Source: Candidatus Saccharibacteria bacterium QS_5_54_17
GTDB lineage: Bacteria; Patescibacteriota; Saccharimonadia; QS-5-54-17
Direction of reading: 5' to 3'
Assembly: GCA_003022365.1 (NCBI GenBank)
Contig: PXOU01000019.1
Coordinates: 4,157 to 68,156 of the forward strand
DNA length: 64,000 nt
Shown here piece after piece: positions 42,879 to 51,624 of this stretch. The notes beneath the pieces are model-generated. The model did not search any database. It saw only the letters and a list, made by a program, of their open reading frames with translations, and was not told the DNA's origin. Position 1 is the stretch's first letter. The number at the start of each line of letters is the position of its first letter. Position numbers and translations under genes: made by a program.

Positions 42879-43562
42879 ATGGACGTACCCGCGCACATCG
42901 GCATTATCCTGGACGGCAACCGGCGGTGGGCCAAACAACACGGACTTTCGGCGCTGGAAGGACACCAGGCCGGGGTTGACGCCCTCAAGCGGGCGGCCGA
43001 ACGGGCGCTTGATTGGGGTGTTAAAGAGCTGAGCGTCTTCGCTTTCTCCAGCCAAAACTGGAAACGGAGCCAGGAGGAAGTAGATGGACTTATGGATGTG
43101 TTCCGATGGTTGTTTAACAGCCAGATCGAGGAATTGCATGAGAATAATATCCGGGTGCGGGTGGTCGGCTCCCGGACCGGAATACCCCAGGATTTACACC
43201 AAAGCATCGAGGCGGGCGAGGAGCAGACCAAGGATAACACCCGGGGGACAGTTAACCTGCTGCTCAACTACGGCGGCCGGAGTGACATTACCCAGGCGGT
43301 TTCCCGGATTGTTGCCCGCGGCATTGACCCCGAGGAGGTGACCGAAGACAGGATTTCCGGGGAGTTATCAACGGCTGGTATGCGGGACGTGGATCTGCTC
43401 ATCCGCACCAGTGAATACCGGCTGAGTGGTTTTTTGCCGTGGGAATCGGTCTATGCCGAAATTTGTTTCCAACCTGATATTCTGTGGCCGGATTACGATG
43501 GCGACGCGCTGGATGCGGCCATCAGCTTCTATCAAAACCGCCAGCGGCGTTTCGGAGCCTAA
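42879..43562 (+). CDS. uppS: undecaprenyl diphosphate synthase
   Basis: GIILDGNRRWA motif. Confidence 0.92.
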   Translation: MDVPAHIGIILDGNRRWAKQHGLSALEGHQAGVDALKRAAERALDWGVKELSVFAFSSQNWKRSQEEVDGLMDVFRWLFNSQIEELHENNIRVRVVGSRTGIPQDLHQSIEAGEEQTKDNTRGTVNLLLNYGGRSDITQAVSRIVARGIDPEEVTEDRISGELSTAGMRDVDLLIRTSEYRLSGFLPWESVYAEICFQPDILWPDYDGDALDAAISFYQNRQRRFGA

Positions 43563-43565
43563 ATC

Positions 43566-44657
43566 ATGGACTTTATCACAGATTACGGCCCGTTTATCAT
43601 CGGCATTTTCTTATTCGCCCTGCTAGTGCTATTGCATGAGTTCGGCCACTTCATCGTCGCCCGGCGGAACGGCGTGGAAGTGGAGGAATTCGGGTTCGGA
43701 TTTCCACCCCGGATTTTCAGCAAGCAAGTCGGCAACACGGTATACAGCTTCAATCTACTCCCCCTGGGCGGCTTCGTAAAGCAAAAAGGCGAGACTGACG
43801 GCGACTCGCGGCCCGGGACATTCGGCTCAAAAGGGCTCTGGGTGAAAACCAAGATTCTATTGGCGGGAGTCGGCATGAACGTGCTGGCCGCCATGGCCAT
43901 TATTTTTGTGCTGGCGCTGATCCAATTACCGACCTTAACCCAGGCCCAATACCGGGTTCCCGCCGATCAGACGATCGTCGCCCAGGATGTACTCCTCCAG
44001 CGGGTCGAGGACGGTTCGCCGGCGGCTGACGCAGGTCTACGTAGCGGCGATGTCATCACCAAACTGAACGGGAAAGAGGTAACTTCAGCCCGGCAGCTCA
44101 GCACCCGCACCCAAGCAATTGCCGGGGAAGAGGCGACCGTTACCTTCGGGCGTGATGGGGCACGGGAGACTACATCCGTCCAGTTGCGGCAGGGAGCTGA
44201 TGTTGCCGAGTTGGGCGTGGCACCGATTGATAGGGAAATCAGCCGTTATACGTGGGCGGCGCCACTGGTGGCGGTCGGCACGGTCGTCCATATGGCGGCG
44301 GGTATGTTGAGCGGTCTATGGGAAGTTATTTATGAATTGGTAACCGGTGCCGGGCAGGAAGCTGCCCGCAACGTGGCCGGACCCGTCGGCATCGTCGTGC
44401 TTTTGGAAAACATAAGTAGTTTTGGATTCTCCTATCTTTTCTTCTTTATTGCCCTGATTTCAACTGCGTTGGCGGTATTCAACACCTTGCCCATCCCGGC
44501 GCTTGATGGGGGCAGACTGGCTGTTATCGCCGCTGCCCGGGCTTCAAGGAAACAGTTGACTGAGAAAGTGGAGAACAGTATTCACGGGGTTGGCTTCGTG
44601 GCATTATTGGCATTAATTGCCTTGGTTACCTATGTCGATATCCAGCGCTTTTTCTAG
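43566..44657 (+). CDS. rseP: RseP-like site-2 protease (M50) with PDZ
   Basis: HEFGH in TM1; PDZ; C-terminal TM helices. Confidence 0.88.
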   Translation: MDFITDYGPFIIGIFLFALLVLLHEFGHFIVARRNGVEVEEFGFGFPPRIFSKQVGNTVYSFNLLPLGGFVKQKGETDGDSRPGTFGSKGLWVKTKILLAGVGMNVLAAMAIIFVLALIQLPTLTQAQYRVPADQTIVAQDVLLQRVEDGSPAADAGLRSGDVITKLNGKEVTSARQLSTRTQAIAGEEATVTFGRDGARETTSVQLRQGADVAELGVAPIDREISRYTWAAPLVAVGTVVHMAAGMLSGLWEVIYELVTGAGQEAARNVAGPVGIVVLLENISSFGFSYLFFFIALISTALAVFNTLPIPALDGGRLAVIAAARASRKQLTEKVENSIHGVGFVALLALIALVTYVDIQRFF

Positions 44658-45393
44658 GCATTCCCGGCGTTACCAGCGGCTGCAATCCGTCTCCTGGGGC
44701 CCGGTAGCGGCCATATCGTTGACCGTGGTGGTAGTTTTGATCGTGGATATCCTGGCCGCGGTTATGCAATTCGGCTTTTTTGGTATAGGCGGCGGCCAAG
44801 GGTCTCTCATGCCGTCGCCGGCTGCCCTGAAAGAAAACATAACGGCACTTTTCATTTTTTATGGGAGTTCACGCTTAGTGGGACTACTCATCATATACGG
44901 ATTCGTTGTCTACCGTGGCAACGGTTTGCGCCAACTGGGGTTTCGAGCTTTCCGGATGCTTCGAGCCCTGGGGGTGATGGTCGGTTCGATCCTGGGATTC
45001 ATGGCGGCGACCGTGGTGGCCATAACACTGCTGCAGCAGCTTGCGCCCGGTGTGGATATTAACGCCGAACAGAGCATCCCGTTTCTGGAGGCCCACGGTA
45101 GCGGTGAGGAGATTTTGGCATTTTTGGCACTGGTCGTCATCGCCCCGTTGGCTGAAGAAACGGTTTTCCGGGGCTTTTTATTGCCCGGTCTGGGCAAGTT
45201 AACCGGTATGTGGCCGGCGGCGGTGCTGATTAGTATCGGGTTCGGGTTGCTGCATCCGCCCATTGCGTCCATGGTGGTGATCGGGGTTTTTTCGCTGTTT
45301 TTGTGTCTGGCCTATATGGAAACAGACAGTTTGTGGCCGCCCATTACGCTGCATGCGGCCAAGAATTTGATTGCGTTCCTGGCGCTGATATGA
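44617..45393 (+). CDS. CPBP-family (CAAX/Abi) intramembrane metalloprotease; true start probably internal (TTG/GTG/ATG between 44719 and 44764)
   Basis: EETVFR, FGLLH, HAAKN motifs. Confidence 0.75.
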   Translation: MPWLPMSISSAFSRHSRRYQRLQSVSWGPVAAISLTVVVVLIVDILAAVMQFGFFGIGGGQGSLMPSPAALKENITALFIFYGSSRLVGLLIIYGFVVYRGNGLRQLGFRAFRMLRALGVMVGSILGFMAATVVAITLLQQLAPGVDINAEQSIPFLEAHGSGEEILAFLALVVIAPLAEETVFRGFLLPGLGKLTGMWPAAVLISIGFGLLHPPIASMVVIGVFSLFLCLAYMETDSLWPPITLHAAKNLIAFLALI

Positions 45394-45400
45394 TGAGTAT

Positions 45401-46639
45401 ATGAAATTCAGCCAAACGTTCGTCAGAACCGGGAAGGAACCGCCCGCCCACGAAGTCGCCAAAAATGCCCGACTGCTGGCCCAAGCCGGGTACATACACA
45501 AAGAGATGGCGGGAGCCTATGCCTTTCTGCCGCTGGGATTTATGGTGTTAGACAACATCGTCAACATCATCCGGGAAGAGATGAACCGACTGGGCGGCGA
45601 GGAGATGCAGTTGACGGCATTGCAACGGCCGGACGTCTGGGAAGCGACGGGCCGGTGGCCGGATAACGAGCTGGAGGTATGGTTCAAATCCCAGTTGCTG
45701 GCGGGCGGTGAAGTCGGCCTCGCGGCGACGCACGAGGAACCGTTGACCGCGCTGATGCGTGAATACATCCACTCCTATCGGGATCTGCCGGCCTACCCGT
45801 ACCAATTCCAAACCAAATTCCGCAACGAACTCCGAGCCAAGTCGGGTATTATGCGCGGCCGGGAGTTCCTGATGAAGGACCTGTATTCCTTTTCCGCTTC
45901 TTGGCAGCAACACGGGGAATTTTATGAAAAGGCCAAGCAGGCCTATACCTACGTATTCGACCGGCTCGGCATCGGGGATGATACGTTCTATACTTACGCT
46001 GATGGGGGGAGTTTCTCCCAGTTTTCCCATGAATATCAGACCCTGACCGAGGCCGGTGAGGACACCATCTACCTCAGTCGGGAGGGCGGCTTCGCCATCA
46101 ACGAGGAAGTCTACACCGATGACGTACTGGGCGAACTGGGTGTCACTCGTGATGACATGGAGGAAGTCACGGCTGCCGAAGTTGCCAATATATTCCCGCT
46201 GGGCACCAAGTTTTCCGATAGCCTCGATTTGACCTTTACCGATCAGGATGGAGCGGAACAACCGGTTATCATGGGAAGTTACGGCATCGGTCCCGGACGT
46301 GTCATGGGCGTATTGGTGGAGAAGTTCAGTGATGAGAAGGGCATTGTCTGGCCCCAAGCGGTGGCGCCGGCCCAAGTGCATCTGGCTGCACTTAAGGGCG
46401 GGGAAGCACAAGCGGATTCCGTCTACGCCCAGCTGCAGGAAAACGGCATTCGCGTATTGTACGACGACCGCGACGAGTCGCCGGGCAGCAAATTGGCCGA
46501 CGCTGACTTAATGGGGCTGCCGACTCGCCTGGTCTGCAGCCAAAAGACGGCCCAATCGGAGCAGGTAGAAGTGACCCATCGGGCCAGCGGCCAGACAGAG
46601 ATGCTCCCGGTGGCACAAGTCACCAAAAAGTTCGGGTAG
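45401..46639 (+). CDS. proS: prolyl-tRNA synthetase (short form, no editing insertion)
   Basis: Class II aaRS motifs; ProRS-like N-terminus; 412 aa. Confidence 0.9.
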   Translation: MKFSQTFVRTGKEPPAHEVAKNARLLAQAGYIHKEMAGAYAFLPLGFMVLDNIVNIIREEMNRLGGEEMQLTALQRPDVWEATGRWPDNELEVWFKSQLLAGGEVGLAATHEEPLTALMREYIHSYRDLPAYPYQFQTKFRNELRAKSGIMRGREFLMKDLYSFSASWQQHGEFYEKAKQAYTYVFDRLGIGDDTFYTYADGGSFSQFSHEYQTLTEAGEDTIYLSREGGFAINEEVYTDDVLGELGVTRDDMEEVTAAEVANIFPLGTKFSDSLDLTFTDQDGAEQPVIMGSYGIGPGRVMGVLVEKFSDEKGIVWPQAVAPAQVHLAALKGGEAQADSVYAQLQENGIRVLYDDRDESPGSKLADADLMGLPTRLVCSQKTAQSEQVEVTHRASGQTEMLPVAQVTKKFG

Positions 46640-46708
46640 CCGGGGCGGCATCCATGTTTGCCGCCAGTTGGCGGCCGGCTTAGGGTGTCCGTCATCTTTT
46701 ATTCATAT

Positions 46709-46722
46709 TTCACGATCGTGAA
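46709..46722. promoter_or_regulatory. perfect 14-bp palindrome TTCACGATCGTGAA (operator-like)
   Basis: Read directly; about 140 bp upstream of the 46861 promoter. Confidence 0.3.
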
Positions 46723-46860
46723 CTGAATATATAACCTATCCCCGTGCCAACCGTTGCTTTCAGGGGTAGCTGCCAAGTGGTGCCCGGACAAGATGCAGCA
46801 GGATGAAAGGGGAGATGTAAGGGATACACGCGGGGCGAAGGCACGGCTACAACCCGATGT

Positions 46861-46889
46861 TTGGAAAAAACCGGTTTTAATTGTATAAT
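46861..46889 (+). promoter_or_regulatory. near-consensus promoter TTGGAA-17-TATAAT
   Basis: Drives the small Cys-rich gene at 46956. Confidence 0.5.
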
Positions 46890-46955
46890 ATAGTTTGTCT
46901 GTGGGGCAACCATGGACAGGCAGGCATGCACCCTTCGAAAGGTAGGTGGTACGTA

Positions 46956-47168
46956 ATGTACCTTACGCTGCTCCTTTGGCAGCTAACGCACTGCCATTTT
47001 GACATAGTCGGGCACAATTGCCGCCGTTGCGGCGGCAATGGAAAATGTTCTACCTGCAAGGGGCAGGGGGACAAAAAAGGAGTCGCCGGTCTTGCTTCGT
47101 TCCCTTGCAGCTCATGCAAGGGGTCCGGCGACTGCCGGGCCTGTAAAGGGTCAGGCAAACCTTCTTAA
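46956..47168 (+). CDS. small (70 aa) protein with hydrophobic N-terminus and four CxxCxGxG repeats (DnaJ-type zinc-finger-like)
   Basis: SD AGGTGG 8 nt upstream; repeats CRRCGGNG, CSTCKGQG, CSSCKGSG, CRACKGSG. Confidence 0.55.
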   Translation: MYLTLLLWQLTHCHFDIVGHNCRRCGGNGKCSTCKGQGDKKGVAGLASFPCSSCKGSGDCRACKGSGKPS

Positions 47169-47186
47169 GGCTTGTCTGACCCTATA

Positions 47187-47357
47187 CCCCCCGCGTGTGC
47201 GTGGAGAAAAATTTGAGTAGGTATTATAGAGGAGTATTCCCGTCACCGATAAGGACTTTCTTTATCGGTTACGAGCAGGGAAACCCTGGCTCCGGGAATA
47301 TCCAATACCATTAATACGTACTTCTATACAACTTTTTTTCCAATCGCACACGCGGGG
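47187..47357. ncRNA. candidate structured RNA element (nested stems), identity unknown
   Basis: 13-bp perfect long-range inverted repeat CCCCGCGTGTGCG (47189-47201) / CGCACACGCGGGG (47345-47357) enclosing inner stem GGAGTATTCCCG / CGGGAATATCC and two local hairpins. Confidence 0.3.
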
Positions 47358-47498
47358 CCTTCACTTTGTGAGTCAACACCTCAACGATTTATTACATATA
47401 GGGGGTATCTGCCGCCTGATGAGGGAGCATGGGGAAGGCGCCTCCCAAAACCCCGGGGATTATAGTTAAAATGCCGCCAACGTAGTATCCTGTGGGGA

Positions 47499-49196
47499 AT
47501 GGCGCAAACAGACACCGATACCCAATCGGCCCAGCAGTTGCTGTTCGATAAACGGCTGCATTACGCCAGGGTTACCCGGAATATCCGGTGGGCGACGATT
47601 GCCTTGGTCATCGTCAGCATGCCCCCGGAAAAACTGCTGGCGCCGCCGATCATAACCTTGGTCGGGGCGGGTATCGTCTACAACATACTCTGGTATTGGC
47701 CCCGTGTCATGCTGCAGCCGCGGTTCGGGTCCCTGTTGGGTATGAACATCATCGACAACGGGTTCGTGCTGGTATTGGTGCTTTTGACCGGCGGATTGGC
47801 CAGCCCCTATTATATTCTATTCACCTTCATGGTCATTACCGCCACCTTCTGGTTCGGCTACCGGAGCTTGGTCGTACTGGGCGTCTTTCACGCGGTGGTG
47901 CTGTTGTCGCTGCTCCAACTGTATGAAACCGCCTCGGTGGAACAACTCCGCAGCAGCCTGGTATTGCTGTTCGCGATCGCAACCAACGGGGTGTTAGCGG
48001 AGCGGATAACGCATGGAGATCGGCGGGAACGGACCGTGGCCGTCCGGGCCAACCAGGAAAAAGAAGTCGAAAAACAGCGGCTCTTGAGTGTCATCAACAG
48101 CATTAATTTCAGTGTGATCGCGGTGCGGGATGACGGTTCCATCCTGATGCACAACGGCGCGGCGCTTGAGCTGCTGGACACCAATACCAGCCTGCGGGAT
48201 GCCCCGATCGATGATTGTCTAAATTTGCAAAACAGCCAGGGGGAATCTGTTGGGTTAAGCCAATTTCTGGAAAAAGGCAGCGGGCTCAAGCACTATCACG
48301 ATTTCGGCTTTACGGCCGATGACGGCAGTCATGTCGACTTGGATATTACCATCTCCCCTATAACCACCACCGGCGGACAACACTCCATCCCGGAGGGATA
48401 CATCATCATCATACGCGATATCACCAAAGAAAAGTCGCTGGATGAAGCTCGGGATGAATTCGTCTCGGTTACCGCCCATGAGCTCAAAAATCCGCTGGCG
48501 ACCGCTGAGGCCAGCTTGTCCACGGCGCTTATGCCGGACCTGGTGCCCGATAAGAAGCAAACCCGGGATCTGCTGGATAAAGCCCACCAGAACGTCAAAC
48601 TCCTAGGCACCTTAGTGCGGGATCTGTCCATGTTGACCGAGGAGGAGAGCGCCATCAACAAAGGCGATTTGACCGATATCGCGCCCGCCGAAATCATCTA
48701 CCAGCTGCAGCGTGACTACCGCCAAACAGCCGAGCAAGCTGATCTGGGGCTGGAGACGGAAATTTCCCAGGATCTGGGATCCGTGACCACCAGCGACGAT
48801 CACATCCAGGAAATCATGCACCATTTCATCGGCAATGCCATCAAATACACCCAAGAAGGTTCGATCACCATCGGCGCCCGGCCCGATGAGACGACCGGCG
48901 CGCCCATCTTCTACGTCCGTGACACGGGCCAAGGAGTCTCCTCGACTGACAAAAAACGCATTTTCGAAAAGTTTTACCGGTCCGAGGAGTATCAAACCCG
49001 GGAAACGGGCGGAACCGGGCTGGGGTTGTACGTGGCCTATACGCTGGCCCAACGGATCAAAGCCGACATCTGGTTCGATAGCCAGTTGGAGGTGGGTTCG
49101 ACATTTTATCTCCGTACCCCCTCCATCACCATCGGCGAGGATGGGAACGTACGGGCAGTCAACGAACAAGTCGATGACTTCATTAGTTCGCTGTAG
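47499..49196 (+). CDS. sensor histidine kinase (multi-TM N-domain, PAS-like, HisKA, HATPase_c); no adjacent response regulator
   Basis: H-box VTAHELKNPLA; G-boxes GTGLGL. Confidence 0.85.
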   Translation: MAQTDTDTQSAQQLLFDKRLHYARVTRNIRWATIALVIVSMPPEKLLAPPIITLVGAGIVYNILWYWPRVMLQPRFGSLLGMNIIDNGFVLVLVLLTGGLASPYYILFTFMVITATFWFGYRSLVVLGVFHAVVLLSLLQLYETASVEQLRSSLVLLFAIATNGVLAERITHGDRRERTVAVRANQEKEVEKQRLLSVINSINFSVIAVRDDGSILMHNGAALELLDTNTSLRDAPIDDCLNLQNSQGESVGLSQFLEKGSGLKHYHDFGFTADDGSHVDLDITISPITTTGGQHSIPEGYIIIIRDITKEKSLDEARDEFVSVTAHELKNPLATAEASLSTALMPDLVPDKKQTRDLLDKAHQNVKLLGTLVRDLSMLTEEESAINKGDLTDIAPAEIIYQLQRDYRQTAEQADLGLETEISQDLGSVTTSDDHIQEIMHHFIGNAIKYTQEGSITIGARPDETTGAPIFYVRDTGQGVSSTDKKRIFEKFYRSEEYQTRETGGTGLGLYVAYTLAQRIKADIWFDSQLEVGSTFYLRTPSITIGEDGNVRAVNEQVDDFISSL

Positions 49197-49349
49197 CCGG
49201 CTGCTGCCTCCGGCGGCCGGGCGGGTGTCGTCTGGGTTTTGCTACATCTCATTTGGCACGCGCATTCCATCTGCCCCTCGGAAATCATCCCCGTGACCTC
49301 GATATCCGGGCAATCACTGTAACCCTCCCGTAGCTGTTACACTAGGAGT

Positions 49350-50387
49350 ATGCCAAAGCTTCGGCGCCTGTGGGCGCATGATATCGGTATCGATCTGGGC
49401 ACGGCCAATACATTGGTGTATGCCCGCGGCACGGGCATCGTGGTCGATGAACCGAGCGTGGTGGCCATTAATCAACAAAATCGGGACATCATCGCCATCG
49501 GCACTCGGGCCAAGGAGATGATCGGCAAAACGCCCGAGGAAATATTGGCCGCCCGGCCATTGGTGGACGGGGTGGTCAGCGACTTCGAAGTCACCGAGCA
49601 AATGCTGCAATATTTCATTGGCCGGATACACCGGCAGCATACGGTTATCTGGCAACGGCCGCGGGTGGTTATCGGCATCCCTTCCGATGTCACCGAAGTA
49701 GAGAAGCGGGCGGTGGAAAACGCCTGCGCCACGGCCGGCGCCCGGGAGACCTATCTGGTGGAAGAACCCATGGCGGCCGCGGTCGGCTGCCGGCTGCCGG
49801 TTACCAGCTCCACCGGGAGCATGTTGGTTGACATCGGCGGCGGCACGACTGAAGTGGCGGTGGTGAGCTTAGGCGGCGTCGTCGTCTCACGGAGTCTCCG
49901 GACGGCCGGCGATGAATTGATCGAAAGCGTTATGGGGCACATGCGGGATGAATTTACCCTGAGCATCGGTGAAGCGACGGCGGAAAAGATCAAGAACACG
50001 GTGGGAACCGCTATGCCCATGTCCCAGCCCAAAACCATGCCGGTACGCGGCCGCGACATCATGACCGGCATGCCTAAAGAGGCTTCCGTTTCCTCCGACC
50101 AAATTCGTATGGCCTTACATAAAACCGTCCGAACCCTGGTAGAATCCATCAAACTGACATTAGAGGAGACGCCGCCGGAATTGATCAATGACATCATGGA
50201 ACAGGGCATTGTGCTCACCGGCGGCGGCTCGATCCTCCGGAATCTGGATTCCCTGATCGCCCAGGAAACCAAAATGCCGGTCACGGTAGCCGAAGATCCG
50301 TTGTATAGCGTGGTCACCGGTACCGGTTTGATTCTGGAAGATCTCTCCGCCTACAAATCGGTGCTGGTTTCCATGGAGGGAATGTGA
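49350..50387 (+). CDS. mreB: rod shape-determining protein MreB
   Basis: Actin-like ATPase motifs (IGIDLGTANT). Confidence 0.95.
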   Translation: MPKLRRLWAHDIGIDLGTANTLVYARGTGIVVDEPSVVAINQQNRDIIAIGTRAKEMIGKTPEEILAARPLVDGVVSDFEVTEQMLQYFIGRIHRQHTVIWQRPRVVIGIPSDVTEVEKRAVENACATAGARETYLVEEPMAAAVGCRLPVTSSTGSMLVDIGGGTTEVAVVSLGGVVVSRSLRTAGDELIESVMGHMRDEFTLSIGEATAEKIKNTVGTAMPMSQPKTMPVRGRDIMTGMPKEASVSSDQIRMALHKTVRTLVESIKLTLEETPPELINDIMEQGIVLTGGGSILRNLDSLIAQETKMPVTVAEDPLYSVVTGTGLILEDLSAYKSVLVSMEGM

Positions 50388-51157
50388 CCACGCGGCGAAC
50401 GGTATGGGGCTCAATGGCAGCCATCGTCGCGATATTAGTGGCTGTCCACCTGCTGGGGCTGCCTCTCCGGGGCGCCTTCCAACGGGTTGTCTCGCCGCTG
50501 GGCATTTCGGCCAATCAGTTGGCCCAATCGATCGAAGCGCGGATGTATCACGGCAGTTATCCGGACACCAAATCCCCAGATACCCAGGCTGAGTTGAACC
50601 GATTGCGCAGCCGCCAATTGGAACTGGAGCAGCTGCGGGCGGAAAATCGCCAACTCAAACAAGAGATCACCTTCGCCCGCGGCGAAACCCGTCAGACCGT
50701 AACCACCCAAGTTATCAATTACAATCCGGATCAAACCCGGGACGTCATACGCATCAATGCCGGGAGCGAGCAGGGTGTCGCTGCCCAGATGCCGGTCGTC
50801 GCCCAGTCAGCGCTGGTGGGGAGAGTCGTCCGCGTGACAGCTACGACCGCCCAAGTCGAATTGGTTACCGATGTCGCCTTCCGGGCGCTGGGGAAAGTCG
50901 AGTCGGGGCCGGAAGGTATCATCAAGGGAGGTATCGGCGGCGGATTAACATTGCAACAATTACCCCAAGATCCAGGTATAGAGGCCGGCGACCTGGTTGT
51001 CACCAGCGGGCTGGATGGGGTGTACCCGCGGGGTATTCTGGTGGGAAGCGTTCGCTCAGTGCTCAACACTCCCGGTGAAGTGTTGAGCACAGCCCAGATT
51101 ACCCCTGCCGTTGCCTACCGGGATTTGCGGATGGTAACCGTGATCCAAACACCATGA
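50384..51157 (+). CDS. mreC: rod shape-determining protein MreC
   Basis: GTG start; N-terminal TM, coiled coil, beta-domain; operon position. Confidence 0.85.
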   Translation: MTTRRTVWGSMAAIVAILVAVHLLGLPLRGAFQRVVSPLGISANQLAQSIEARMYHGSYPDTKSPDTQAELNRLRSRQLELEQLRAENRQLKQEITFARGETRQTVTTQVINYNPDQTRDVIRINAGSEQGVAAQMPVVAQSALVGRVVRVTATTAQVELVTDVAFRALGKVESGPEGIIKGGIGGGLTLQQLPQDPGIEAGDLVVTSGLDGVYPRGILVGSVRSVLNTPGEVLSTAQITPAVAYRDLRMVTVIQTP

Positions 51158-51624
51158 AGCGCCTGGCCGTCGCTGCCCCCGTGGCGACCATATGTATTCT
51201 GATTGAAGGACTGTTCTTAAGCGGGTTTGATGTGGCCGTTCCGTCTCTTTTGGCCGTGGCTATACTCCTGATAGTCCGTTACCCGTTCCGCCCGGCCTGG
51301 CTGTTGGCCATATGGTGCGGGTTGCTGTTGGATCTGATGAGCACCCAGGTCTTTGGTTCCTATATGGTGTTGGCGATGATTATGTTTGTGGTCGCCCGGT
51401 TTATCGCGGGGCGGGGGTTTGAAATGTCACGACTGATAAATATCGGTCTGGTCGTGGCGGCATTGATCGTCACGGAACTGATATGGCGCCTATTACTGCT
51501 CACGTCGTTCGCCGGCTTAAGTGTGGAAATGCTGCTTGTCGAGTATGCCGTGTCCCGAGCCGTACTCACCTGGGTGGTGGGATTTTTCCTGGTTCGACTG
51601 CTCCAGGTTACAATGGATGTATGA
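51154..51624 (+). CDS. mreD: rod shape-determining protein MreD
   Basis: Polytopic membrane protein between mreC and PBP2. Confidence 0.7.
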   Translation: MKRLAVAAPVATICILIEGLFLSGFDVAVPSLLAVAILLIVRYPFRPAWLLAIWCGLLLDLMSTQVFGSYMVLAMIMFVVARFIAGRGFEMSRLINIGLVVAALIVTELIWRLLLLTSFAGLSVEMLLVEYAVSRAVLTWVVGFFLVRLLQVTMDV

